Below, piece by piece: positions 29,789 to 39,055 of a DNA stretch of 64,000 nucleotides (positions within the stretch are counted from its first letter, which is position 1; each line of letters begins with the position of its first letter). The notes beneath the pieces were generated by a model that was given only the letters and a program-made list of their open reading frames with translations, had not been told where the DNA came from and did not search any database. A program made the position numbers and the translations under genes. This stretch comes from Bradymonadia bacterium. GTDB taxonomy: Bacteria > Myxococcota_A > Bradymonadia > UBA7976 > UBA1532. The DNA is taken from contig JBKAGE010000037.1 in NCBI GenBank assembly GCA_046290225.1, positions 1-64,000 of the forward strand, given 5' to 3'.

Positions 29789-31870
29789 ATGATGCGCTCT
29801 TCTCTTCGAATCTCCGCAGTCTTTTTCTCTGGTGTTCTGTCAGTGGGTGGGTGTGACGACGGCGGTGAGGCCGAATCGACAATCGACGCCACCACCGGGT
29901 CCGTTGACGGTGATGTGCGCCCCGATCCGCTCGAAGACGCCGCTGTGGACCAGACCGATGCAGGGCGCCGAGATGCTGGCTCAGCCGATATGGGCCTTCC
30001 AGGGCAATGCAGCCCCGGGCGCGGTTACAGCCCCGGCACCGCCATGTTCGTCGAGCGTACCGAAGCCATGGGCCTCGCTGGGGTTCTGGGCACTCGCATC
30101 TCCGTGGGCGATCTCGACGGCGACGGGTATGCCGATCTGGTGGTTCGCCGCGGGCCTCGCGGATCAGATCAGCTCGGATCTCCTGAAGGGCGACGATTCA
30201 CCTGGGTGCTGATGAATCAGGGTGGCGAGGGCTTCACCGACTTCACCACCGAATCAGGCTTCTTGAGCACCCGGGAGGCCTATCCAGAGCCTGTGGGCCG
30301 GCCAGTGGAGGTGGTGGCCTTTGCCGATCTCGACAATGACGGCGACCTGGACGCCTACAGCGGCCTCGACACACGACAAGCGGTGTCGGCAGAGCTGAGC
30401 GACGGGCAGATGATCGCGCTGCGCGAAACCAGCGAGGTGTTGCTCAATGACGGCACAGGCCGCTTCGAGCTCACCTATGCAGGCGATCCGCTCCGGAGGG
30501 CGGGCCTGGAAGATGTGCCCGCTGGTGCCGCCTTCGTCGACGCCGATCGAGACGGTCACGTCGATCTCTGGCTGGCCCAGGGCGGCCTCGGGGCACCCTT
30601 ACAGGATCGACTCTTCATCAACGACGGCCGGGCGGTACTGGAAGACACCACCTCTGCAGTGGGGCTCACCACCGCAGGGTGGAGTGGCCCGGAGGCCATC
30701 AACGACGGCAACGGTCACACCACCGCCTGGGGGGCCAACGCCTGTGATCTCAACGGTGACGGGATCGCCGAGCTGCTCACCCCCAGCTATGGCCGAGCGC
30801 CCAACCACCTGTGGCGCGGCACGGACGAGGGCGGTCTCAGCTACGAAAACGCCTCCGTCGAATCAGGCTATGCCTTCGATGATGATCAAGGCTGGGGCGA
30901 CAACCAGTTTGCGGCGTGCTTCTGTCAGGCGAACCCCGAGGCCGAAGGCTGTGATGCCGCCTCGGAGCCGTTGATCCAGTGCAATCAGATGAACTGGCGC
31001 CATGCCCAGGATCGAGAGCCCTTTCGCCTCGGCGGCAACAGTGGGGCCACAGTGTGTGTCGACGTCGACGCAGATGGTGATCTCGATCTGTACACCACCG
31101 AGATCAAGCACTGGTGGGCGGGCTCTGGCTCCGACGGTGGCGAGTTGCTGGTCAACACCGGTACAGCAGATGTTGTGTTTCAACGGCCCGGCCGCGAGGC
31201 CACCGGGCTGGTGGTGCCCCACGACGGCCCGGTCTGGGACGAAGGACACATCACCGCGGGCTACCTCGACGTCGACAATGACGGCCGCCAGGATCTCTAT
31301 GTCGGCGCCACCGACTATCCAGGTAACCGTGGCCGGCTCTACATGAACATCACCGACACCGCCGACGCACCTCGCTTCGTCGAAGCGCCCACCGACGACT
31401 TCTTCGAGCACAACCGCAGCCACGGTATGGCCGTAGCCGACTTCGACCACGACGGTGATCTCGATCTGATCGTGGGGCACTCCCGGGCCCGATGTGACGC
31501 CGAGGCGCCGAACAACTGCTACGACACTGCACAAATCAGATACTTCGAAAACACCCTGGGGCAGGACAGCCATTGGATTCAGCTGCACCTCGAGGGTGGA
31601 GATGGAGTGAACGCTGCCGCCATCGGGGCCCGGGTCGAGGTGCGCACGTCGAGCGAAGACGGACGGGTACAGGTTCAGGAAGTCGCCGGAGGTTACGGGC
31701 ACTTCGGCGCTCAGCGAGACGCGGTCCTGCACTTTGGCCTCGCCGGCGCCTGTGATGCGGAGATCACGGTCCGCTGGCCTGATCGGGCAGGTACGGTGGA
31801 GACCTTCACGCTCCAGGCAGATCATCGCTACGCCATCGCACCAGGATCTCCCGCGCAGCAGGTGGATTGA
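29789..31870 (+). CDS. CRTAC1-like lipoprotein (FG-GAP repeats plus ASPIC/UnbV domain)
   Basis: VGGC lipobox; seven DxDxDG-type loops (GDLDGDGYADL ... ADFDHDGDLDL); AIGARVEV, LHFGL, VRWP. Confidence 0.88.
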   Translation: MMRSSLRISAVFFSGVLSVGGCDDGGEAESTIDATTGSVDGDVRPDPLEDAAVDQTDAGRRDAGSADMGLPGQCSPGRGYSPGTAMFVERTEAMGLAGVLGTRISVGDLDGDGYADLVVRRGPRGSDQLGSPEGRRFTWVLMNQGGEGFTDFTTESGFLSTREAYPEPVGRPVEVVAFADLDNDGDLDAYSGLDTRQAVSAELSDGQMIALRETSEVLLNDGTGRFELTYAGDPLRRAGLEDVPAGAAFVDADRDGHVDLWLAQGGLGAPLQDRLFINDGRAVLEDTTSAVGLTTAGWSGPEAINDGNGHTTAWGANACDLNGDGIAELLTPSYGRAPNHLWRGTDEGGLSYENASVESGYAFDDDQGWGDNQFAACFCQANPEAEGCDAASEPLIQCNQMNWRHAQDREPFRLGGNSGATVCVDVDADGDLDLYTTEIKHWWAGSGSDGGELLVNTGTADVVFQRPGREATGLVVPHDGPVWDEGHITAGYLDVDNDGRQDLYVGATDYPGNRGRLYMNITDTADAPRFVEAPTDDFFEHNRSHGMAVADFDHDGDLDLIVGHSRARCDAEAPNNCYDTAQIRYFENTLGQDSHWIQLHLEGGDGVNAAAIGARVEVRTSSEDGRVQVQEVAGGYGHFGAQRDAVLHFGLAGACDAEITVRWPDRAGTVETFTLQADHRYAIAPGSPAQQVD

Positions 31871-31882
31871 GAGGACCTCTGA

Positions 31883-32566
31883 ATGCTCTTGATCTTCCCG
31901 GGTCGTCATCCAGCCTTTCCACCAACTGATCAGCTCCCGCCTGGTCGCGGAGAGGTGGGGCTCGTGGCCCTCGGGGGTGATCTCTCCGAAGCGACCTTGC
32001 TCGAGGCCTACAGCAAGGGGCTGTTTCCCTGGGAAGGGCGGCACCCGCTGCCATGGTGCAGCCCGGACCCTCGAGCCATCTTGATTCCCGGTGAGTTTCG
32101 CGCCTCCCGCTCCTTGAAAAAGCTCGCTCGGCAGGGCCGATACGCCATCACCTTCAACACCGCCTTCACCGCAGTGATGAAAGCATGCGCCAGCATCGCC
32201 CGACCTGGACAGAGCGGCACCTGGATCACGCCCCGCATGATCAAGGCCTACACTCGGCTACATCGCATGGGTGTCGCTCAAAGCGTCGAGGTCTGGCCCG
32301 CCGACGAGGTGGGGCGCACCCTCGTCGGTGGCCTGTACGGCATCCGAATGGGGCAGGCCTTCTTCGGCGAGTCGATGTTCGCTCGAGCGCCCAACGTCAG
32401 CAAGCTGGCGCTGCAGGCGTGGTGCGCTCGTCTCGACTCAGAGGGTGTGCAGTTGATCGACTGCCAGCAAGACACAGATCATCTGCGCTCGCTGGGCTCG
32501 ATGACCATCTCCCGGCAGGCGTTCATCGAGCGGATTCGCGCAGCAGGTGTCGTGGAGCGACACTGA
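31883..32566 (+). CDS. aat: Leucyl/phenylalanyl-tRNA--protein transferase
   Basis: GGDLS, AYSKGLFPW, SPDPR, TWIT, SVEVW, LVGGLYG, FFGESMF, IDCQ. Confidence 0.95.
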   Translation: MLLIFPGRHPAFPPTDQLPPGRGEVGLVALGGDLSEATLLEAYSKGLFPWEGRHPLPWCSPDPRAILIPGEFRASRSLKKLARQGRYAITFNTAFTAVMKACASIARPGQSGTWITPRMIKAYTRLHRMGVAQSVEVWPADEVGRTLVGGLYGIRMGQAFFGESMFARAPNVSKLALQAWCARLDSEGVQLIDCQQDTDHLRSLGSMTISRQAFIERIRAAGVVERH

Positions 32567-32641
32567 GAGATGATCTGATTGTGGCTTGCTCCATCTCGCC
32601 CCGGCCGTTAGTGTCACCAAAACACAAACAAAGGAACGGCC

Positions 32642-33349
32642 ATGTCGCTGTCGCTGAGAAATTTCGAGCGTATCTGCTTCTTCACCGGCGCTGGCCTCTC
32701 GGCAGAGAGCGGCGTGCCCACCTATCGGGGCAAAGGGGGCATGTGGTCGCAGTACAACTACGAAGAGTACGCCTGCCAGGAAGCCTTCGACCGAAACCCT
32801 GAGAAAGTCTGGGATTTTCACAATGCGCGGCGAGAGGTCGTGGCGGGGTGCGATCCCAACCGGGCGCATCGGCTGATCGCTGACATCAAACGCGAGAAAC
32901 CCGGCACTTCGATCATCACGCAGAACATCGATGGCCTGCTTCAACGGGCGGGGGCCACCGACGTCATCGAGCTGCACGGCAGCCTCTGGCGGGTGAGATG
33001 CCCCTGCGACGGCTCCAAGGTGGAGAACTTCGATGTACCCTTTGTGGCATCTAAATGTTCTTGTGGTGATGATTGGCGTCCGGACATCGTCTGGTTTGGT
33101 GACATGCTCGACGAAGGCACCATGCTCAGAGCCCAGGAAGCCCTGGCGGAGTGTGACTGCATCGTGAGCATCGGCACCTCGGGTGTGGTCTACCCTGCTG
33201 CCGTTTTGCCGCAGATCGCAGTGCAGATCGGCGCGACGAGCATCGAGATCAACCCTGAGGAGACTGCGGTGTCCCAGCTGTACGAGCATTGTCTCCGGGG
33301 GCCTGCCTCGGAGATGTTGGAGCGCTTGTGGAACGACTCATCTGCCTGA
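32642..33349 (+). CDS. cobB: Sir2/CobB-family NAD-dependent protein deacylase
   Basis: TGAGLSAESGVPTYR, TQNIDGL, ELHGS, RPDIVWFG, GTSGVVYPAA, EINP. Confidence 0.9.
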   Translation: MSLSLRNFERICFFTGAGLSAESGVPTYRGKGGMWSQYNYEEYACQEAFDRNPEKVWDFHNARREVVAGCDPNRAHRLIADIKREKPGTSIITQNIDGLLQRAGATDVIELHGSLWRVRCPCDGSKVENFDVPFVASKCSCGDDWRPDIVWFGDMLDEGTMLRAQEALAECDCIVSIGTSGVVYPAAVLPQIAVQIGATSIEINPEETAVSQLYEHCLRGPASEMLERLWNDSSA

Positions 33350-34626
33350 TCGTCATCGCATCGAGCGGGGCCGCCCTCGCCGCCCCTGCTGATCCACTCC
33401 CCCCACCTGAGCCTGCCGCTGAGGTCACCGCCGAGGTGGCCTCGCCCGTGACCCCTGCCCCACCTGCCCTGCCACAGCTGACGGTCCGCAGCCGCCCAGA
33501 AGAGGCCCAGGTCTATGCAGGGCTGACCCCTCTCGGTCTCACCCCGCTCACCGTGGGCCTGCCAGAGGGCCGCTATCCATTGGCGGTGTACCGGCCCGGC
33601 GCAGTGCCCAACAAGCGCCCGGTGCGTCTCGAGTCGGAGGGCAAGACCTGGACGCCGGCCATCCGCAAGGCATGGCCGCCGACGCCGTGGGGCTGGCCCG
33701 ACGACGCCCCGCCATGGGCCACCAAGAATGGCTGCCGAGGGATCCACCGATGCGGCCTGGGTGCCGCTCGAGGCTTCAGCCCGGTGCTCACCGACACCAC
33801 GGCCCTCGCCCGGGCCATCGTCGAGGTGGCCCGGGATCAACAAACGACTGTGGGCCGCCTGGAGAAGGTGTACGTCGAGTCGTGGGGACACACCCAAGCC
33901 ACAGTGCTCCGGCAAACCACGCGGTGGCGGGTGCGGCCCGCCCGGTTCGATCACTGGACGGCCCCCGACGGCCTGGCAGGCTGGCGGATCTTCGGCGGCC
34001 GAGGTGGGGGTCAGCTGGGCTGGCCCGCCCTCGGCGCAGGCGACGCCCTGGCCATGGACGACGAAATCGCTCAGATGGCTCGAGCGGAGATCGGCGCAAT
34101 CCTCTCGGCGATCCGCTGGCAGATGGCCGCTCGCAAAGGCGTCATGGTGCAAGCCCGTCAGGGCACCTTCATCGATGGGGATCGAGATCGGCTGCTCTTC
34201 GAAGACGAGGCGACGCTGACCTTCAAGGGCACACTGCAGGGGGCCAATACCCGGATCGAGTTGAGAGGCCGCCTCTCTGATCTGCAAGCGATCACGCAGA
34301 AGCATGATGTGCCCGTAGGCACCGAGTATCAGACCACAGACATGATCCAAGTCACCCTCACGACCCCGACCGACAAAGGCCCCCGGGTGATCCGGTTCGG
34401 TGTGGAGGCGGGGGTGACCCGCCTGATCGAGAGCGACAGTGACATCACCCCCGCAGGTGCCCTGAAGCAGCTCAAGAAGGGGCTGAAAGCGGTGGGCTTG
34501 CGCATAGAGCAGCGCGCGCTGATCGGCGAGGTGAACGGGGTGCCCGTTGTCCGGGTGGTCGTGGGTCCGGGGGGGAAGGCGCCTGCGAGAGAGATGCGTA
34601 AGGCAGCGCAGAAGAAGCGCAGCTGA
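33328..34626 (+). CDS. Secreted PEGA-domain protein
   Basis: GGAG RBS before GTG at 33328; signal peptide; LTVRSRPEEAQVY..LGLTPL..LPEGRY PEGA motif. Confidence 0.7.
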   Translation: MERLICLIVIASSGAALAAPADPLPPPEPAAEVTAEVASPVTPAPPALPQLTVRSRPEEAQVYAGLTPLGLTPLTVGLPEGRYPLAVYRPGAVPNKRPVRLESEGKTWTPAIRKAWPPTPWGWPDDAPPWATKNGCRGIHRCGLGAARGFSPVLTDTTALARAIVEVARDQQTTVGRLEKVYVESWGHTQATVLRQTTRWRVRPARFDHWTAPDGLAGWRIFGGRGGGQLGWPALGAGDALAMDDEIAQMARAEIGAILSAIRWQMAARKGVMVQARQGTFIDGDRDRLLFEDEATLTFKGTLQGANTRIELRGRLSDLQAITQKHDVPVGTEYQTTDMIQVTLTTPTDKGPRVIRFGVEAGVTRLIESDSDITPAGALKQLKKGLKAVGLRIEQRALIGEVNGVPVVRVVVGPGGKAPAREMRKAAQKKRS

Positions 34627-34632
34627 AGGGGT

Positions 34633-35499
34633 TTACTCCGCCGCTGCGTCAGCAGCTTCCTGCTCTTTGATCAAGCTCTCGTAGAGCGCATCCGTCAGCA
34701 CTGCGGTCCCATGACGCTGGGAGCCGTTGCCGTGGATGAAGAACTGCCCCAGGCGCTGCTCGCCATAGGGCCCCGCCTTCAACGTGTACTCGCCAGCGGG
34801 CACATCTTTGAACTCCACCACGCCGTCTACGTCGGTGACCGCCTCGACTTCGCCCAGGCTCAGCTCGAGGCCAGAGGCTGCCTGACCGTAGGCGGTGACG
34901 ATGGTCAGCCGCAGATCTCCAGGGGTACGCGCCTCGAGATCGCCCTTCGAGCTGAGGGTCATCTCGTACGCGGCGCTGTCTTCATAGGCAGCAGGCGTGG
35001 CCAGGACCACCACCATGTACTGTCCGGGCTCGTAGATGTCGTACTGAGCCACGCTCGAATCCCACCGCTTGATCAAATCCCACTGTTCGAAGGGGGAGTT
35101 TGCAGGGGCTTTTTCATCATAGCGGAACAACAACGTCGAGCTTTGGTAGGCGCGGGGGCGGCCAAAGGCGATGTTGGCCGCATCCCACAGCAGCTCTTCC
35201 CACCCCCAGCTCAGCTCTGCCACCAACGTCTGAGCCGACTCAACCTCGAAGGTGTAGGCGACATACTCTTCTTCGAAGAAGTTGCCCTCTCGCGTCGAGC
35301 CATCAAGCTCAACCTCAGAGGGCTTGAGGACGCGCTTGAAGTTGAGGCCGTCGGCCTTGCCTCCAGGCTCGGTGAGCACCGGACGCTCACCACTCTCGGC
35401 AGCCTCTTCAGCAGGCGCCTGCACCTCGTCGTTCATCTGCTCGCCACAGGCGACGAGGGCGGTGGAAGCGAGCAGAGCAAGGCAGAGTCGGTACAACAT
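34633..35499 (-). CDS. Lipoprotein with beta-sandwich domains (PPC-like and carboxypeptidase-regulatory-like)
   Basis: LVAC lipobox; GKAD motif; YTFEV..EPGQYMVVV; TDVDGVVEFKDVPAGEYTL. Confidence 0.7.
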   Translation of the reverse strand: MLYRLCLALLASTALVACGEQMNDEVQAPAEEAAESGERPVLTEPGGKADGLNFKRVLKPSEVELDGSTREGNFFEEEYVAYTFEVESAQTLVAELSWGWEELLWDAANIAFGRPRAYQSSTLLFRYDEKAPANSPFEQWDLIKRWDSSVAQYDIYEPGQYMVVVLATPAAYEDSAAYEMTLSSKGDLEARTPGDLRLTIVTAYGQAASGLELSLGEVEAVTDVDGVVEFKDVPAGEYTLKAGPYGEQRLGQFFIHGNGSQRHGTAVLTDALYESLIKEQEAADAAAE

Positions 35500-35535
35500 G
35501 GTGAAGACCTTTGTGGGGGTGTTGCCACAGAGTAG

Positions 35536-35552
35536 AGCAAACACAGTGCCAC
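35536..35552 (-). promoter_or_regulatory. sigma54 -24/-12 promoter
   Basis: GTGGCACTGTGTTTGCT, 37 bp upstream of the lipoprotein start. Confidence 0.7.
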
Positions 35553-35709
35553 ATATCATCTGCGCCGCAAATGAGGAGATACGTGGCCAACTCAGATGAT
35601 ATTGGGGTGTAGAGACCGGAAGCTGCTCTCGCCAGTGGTCATCGAACGCAGGGCCTCAGCCCCCAGCTGTCGAACCCCACTGTCGGGCCCATCTGCCAAC
35701 ACCTTCCGT

Positions 35710-36708
35710 TCAGCGCCCTTCCGGGCCCGGACCACCGATGATCGACGGCATGCGAGGGATGCCCACCACTGCCCCTCGCCGCGTCACGGCATACGCGCCG
35801 ATCTCACAAGCAAAGTTCAGATGATCCTGAATGCGGGCCTGAGGCACCTCGGCAAGGGGCCCAGACTCTTGAGACAAGCGCACCAGCAACGCCGCCATGA
35901 AAGCATCACCGGCGCCGGTGGTGTCCACCACCTGCACCCTCGGCGTCTGCACATAGCCTGAGTCGTTGGCTCGGGCCCAATACGCGCCCTCGGGGCCCAG
36001 AGTGACCACCGCCAGCGTGGCGCCACGCTCGAGCAGCCGCTGCGCGGCCTCTTCGTGGAACCGCACCCCGGTGAGCCACTCGGTCTCGTCCTCGGCGCAT
36101 TTGATGACGTCGCAGCGAGAGAGCATGCGCTGGAGGCGCGCCTCGATCATCGCCGGATCACCCCAGCTTGGCGGCGCCTTGCCCGGATCACAGCACACCA
36201 GACCTGTGGCGTGCTCGATGAGGGCTTCGACGGCGGCTTCCCCACCTGCCTTACGCAGCGAGCTCACGGAGAAAAAGCACACCTTCGCAGCAGCCGCAAA
36301 AGTCGGATCGACATCTTCAGCGTTCAGCAACGCCGCAGCATCACCACCCCGATGGGTGAAACTGCGCTCGCGGTTGTCGTCGAGGGTGATGAAGCACAGC
36401 CCCGTGATGTCTTCGTGGGTGAGACGCAGGCATCGGGTGTCCACGCGCTCTCGCTCGAAGTTGGCCTTGAGGAACAGCCCGAAGGCGTCGTCGCCCACCA
36501 CCCCTGCAAAGCCCGAGCGACCACCAAGGCGGGCGCTCACCACGGCGACATTGCCCGGGGCTCCACCGCTGTGCATTTCGAAGGTCGTGGCTGTGCTCAA
36601 CGCGCCGTAGTGCAAGGGCACGAAGTCTACCAGGGCATCACCGAGGATGAAGATCTCTGGTAACGGGGCGGTCTGATCGGAGGGTCCGGTCGTCATGGGG
36701 CGCACCAT
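35710..36708 (-). CDS. PfkB-family carbohydrate kinase (fructokinase-like)
   Basis: GGAPGNVA, VGDDAFG, VTLGPEG, DTTGAGDAF; start 36708 or 36696. Confidence 0.9.
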   Translation of the reverse strand: MVRPMTTGPSDQTAPLPEIFILGDALVDFVPLHYGALSTATTFEMHSGGAPGNVAVVSARLGGRSGFAGVVGDDAFGLFLKANFERERVDTRCLRLTHEDITGLCFITLDDNRERSFTHRGGDAAALLNAEDVDPTFAAAAKVCFFSVSSLRKAGGEAAVEALIEHATGLVCCDPGKAPPSWGDPAMIEARLQRMLSRCDVIKCAEDETEWLTGVRFHEEAAQRLLERGATLAVVTLGPEGAYWARANDSGYVQTPRVQVVDTTGAGDAFMAALLVRLSQESGPLAEVPQARIQDHLNFACEIGAYAVTRRGAVVGIPRMPSIIGGPGPEGR

Positions 36709-36746
36709 ATCAAACCCTGGGGCCACGGGGGAGAGCGTTCGGCGCT

Positions 36747-37619
36747 CTAAATTACGCCCTGCCAGTCTCTGCCTCTGGCGAGGAAACGACTCTGAATGAT
36801 CGCCAGCACATCTGCAGGCAGAGGCCCACGCTCGAGGGCCTCCACAGCGGCCTTCAAGTTGGCCAGACGCCGCGAGCCCACAAGGCATGTGTGCACCCCA
36901 GGGGCAAAGGCAGTGAAGCGCACCATCAGCTCCGGCCAGGGCAGCGCCGGTGTGAGATCCAGAGCCTGCCCCCGCCGCCAGTAAGTGGCCACGTCAGGAG
37001 CATCAGGGCAGCGGGTATGGCGCCAGAACGCATTGCCCAGGGCACGCTTGGCCAGCACCCCGCAGCGCGTGTTGACTGGCAGCACAGCGTTCATGCTGTG
37101 TTGATCGACCACGCTCACCGAGGTCTGAACCGCGCCAAAGGCCGGATGGCTCAAGGCGAACGCCAGCGCCTCGTTCTCTCCAGAGTAACCCGCCACCCGG
37201 ACCAGGCCCTCATCGACCACATCTTCCACCGCCCGCAGCACATCATCACGTCGCAACACCTCGAGCGGGCAGGAATGTAGAAAGAAGAGGTCGAGATGAT
37301 CTGTCTGCAGGCGTTTCAGCGCCAGGCGCACGCCCTGGCGGATCGCGTCGCCCGTCCAGTCGGGGACTCCTGGGACCCCATACCCGCCTTTGGTCGACAA
37401 CAGATATGTCTCTCGAGGGCGTCGGAGCAGGCGGCCGATGCGGGCCTCGGCCTCACCATAGCTCGGCGCCGTGTCGATGAGGCTCAGCCCCAAATCGATG
37501 GCGCCATGGAGCACGGCGTCGACTTCGGCGTCCTCGAGATCCGGACCGCCGAGGCTGCCGGCACCAAGGGCCAGAGCCGGCGTCTGCAGACCAGTCTGGC
37601 CAAAGGCTCTCAGAAGCAC
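36747..37619 (-). CDS. Aldo/keto reductase
   Basis: IDTAPSYG, STK, LKRLQTDHLDLFFLH, GYSG. Confidence 0.9.
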   Translation of the reverse strand: MLLRAFGQTGLQTPALALGAGSLGGPDLEDAEVDAVLHGAIDLGLSLIDTAPSYGEAEARIGRLLRRPRETYLLSTKGGYGVPGVPDWTGDAIRQGVRLALKRLQTDHLDLFFLHSCPLEVLRRDDVLRAVEDVVDEGLVRVAGYSGENEALAFALSHPAFGAVQTSVSVVDQHSMNAVLPVNTRCGVLAKRALGNAFWRHTRCPDAPDVATYWRRGQALDLTPALPWPELMVRFTAFAPGVHTCLVGSRRLANLKAAVEALERGPLPADVLAIIQSRFLARGRDWQGVI

Positions 37620-39055
37620 ATGTTCACGCAGTTGTCGGGGTTATTCCGGAACCGGATGCACAGCTCCCCTTCACTGGCCAGGGCGGGGTTGGTCCAGCCA
37701 TCGCCGGGCTCGAAGAGCCACACATCGTTCACCGCGCCACAGTCGGTCTTGCCACCGAAGGCGATCGAGCGGCCACACGCTTCGGAGTAGACCCAACTGT
37801 GGGCGTTGCGACGCTCCGGCGTACCCGGGGCAGCGATGACGAAGTCCGGGGGAAAATCACAGAAGCCGTTGGCGGGCTTGTTGAAGCGATCGAAGTCGGC
37901 GAGAGGGCTCCACTGGCCGTCCTCGGGGTCGAAGGCCCAGATGTCGTTGCGGTTGCCCAGATCAGTGGCGTCGTGGCCCGCGAACATCACATAGGCGTCC
38001 AGGGCGGTGTCGTGGACGATGTAGGACCAGAAACGGCTGTCGGGCACCTCGGCAGAGTCGCCATCGATGCGCTCCCAGGTGTCCACATCGGGGTAGAAGG
38101 CCCACAGATCATCGTAATAGTTCGCCGCGAAGAAGGCGGTCTCGTCACCGCCGCCATACATCAACATCTGATCTCGTGCAGTGTCGAAGGTGGCGGCGTG
38201 CCAGATGCGGCCCTCTGGAGGAATGCCCGTGGGCATGATCTCAGACCAGCTGTTGGTGGCGATGTCGTAGCGCCACATATCCTCGAGGACCACAGGGTTG
38301 GCGCCGCTCGAGCTGCTGTTGCCCCCGAGCAGGAGCAGCTGATCCCGGTTGGCGTCGTACGCCAGGGTGTGGTTGTAGCGCCCCTCGGGCACCGGGCCGT
38401 CGGTCATGATCTCCGCCCAGGTGCGCGTCTCCGGATCGAACCGCCAGAGATCGCCGAGGACCTGATAGGGCCCCGAAGAGGCCTGCCGGGTGCGCCCGCC
38501 GAACATCCACATGGCACCATCGCCGAACACGGCGGCATGACGACCACGGGCCGAAGGGCCCTCGCTGCCCAGGTTCACCCAACGACCACAGCCCTCGGCA
38601 GGGGTGTAGTCGTAGTAGAGCCAGGTGGTGTCCTGGAACTGATAGGCGGGAAAACCACAGTTCTCCGGCACGGCGGTGTTGCCCCCGAAGATGATCATCG
38701 TCTTGCGCGCGTCATCGTAAGTCGCGACGTGCTCGTTCAACCGCGGTGGGCCCTCGTCCTGGCCATCACAGGCAGCCTCTGGAGGCGCCGGGCAGGCCTC
38801 GTCCACCACGCCACCAGCACCGCCAGCCATTTCGCCACCAGCACCGCCTGCAACCTCACCACCAGCCCCCCCCTCTGCACCAGCACCACCAGCGCCGCCG
38901 GCCACTTCGCCACCGGCGCCGCCCATGGCCGCGCCTCCGGCACCAACAGCGGCGTCAGGGGTGTTGTCGGGATCACTGCTGCTGTCGTCATCGCAGGCCG
39001 CGAGGGCCAACATCAGCAGAGGAGCGGTGAGCATCAGGGGGTTTCGAATGAGCAT
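37610..39055 (-). CDS. Kelch-repeat lipoprotein
   Basis: LAAC lipobox; GGAGG linker; repeated P..R..H....FGG....D.W blades. Confidence 0.85.
   Translation of the reverse strand: MLIRNPLMLTAPLLMLALAACDDDSSSDPDNTPDAAVGAGGAAMGGAGGEVAGGAGGAGAEGGAGGEVAGGAGGEMAGGAGGVVDEACPAPPEAACDGQDEGPPRLNEHVATYDDARKTMIIFGGNTAVPENCGFPAYQFQDTTWLYYDYTPAEGCGRWVNLGSEGPSARGRHAAVFGDGAMWMFGGRTRQASSGPYQVLGDLWRFDPETRTWAEIMTDGPVPEGRYNHTLAYDANRDQLLLLGGNSSSSGANPVVLEDMWRYDIATNSWSEIMPTGIPPEGRIWHAATFDTARDQMLMYGGGDETAFFAANYYDDLWAFYPDVDTWERIDGDSAEVPDSRFWSYIVHDTALDAYVMFAGHDATDLGNRNDIWAFDPEDGQWSPLADFDRFNKPANGFCDFPPDFVIAAPGTPERRNAHSWVYSEACGRSIAFGGKTDCGAVNDVWLFEPGDGWTNPALASEGELCIRFRNNPDNCVNMCF

Noticed and set aside
32642..33349. Sir2 protein as an anti-phage NADase (Thoeris, DSR or pAgo-associated)
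   Set aside because: It is a short stand-alone CobB-type protein with a zinc site and no defence partner genes.
38988..39055. Possible frameshift or fusion between the kinase and the Kelch gene
   Set aside because: The Kelch gene has its own signal peptide and lipobox; a short overlap or a slightly later start explains it.
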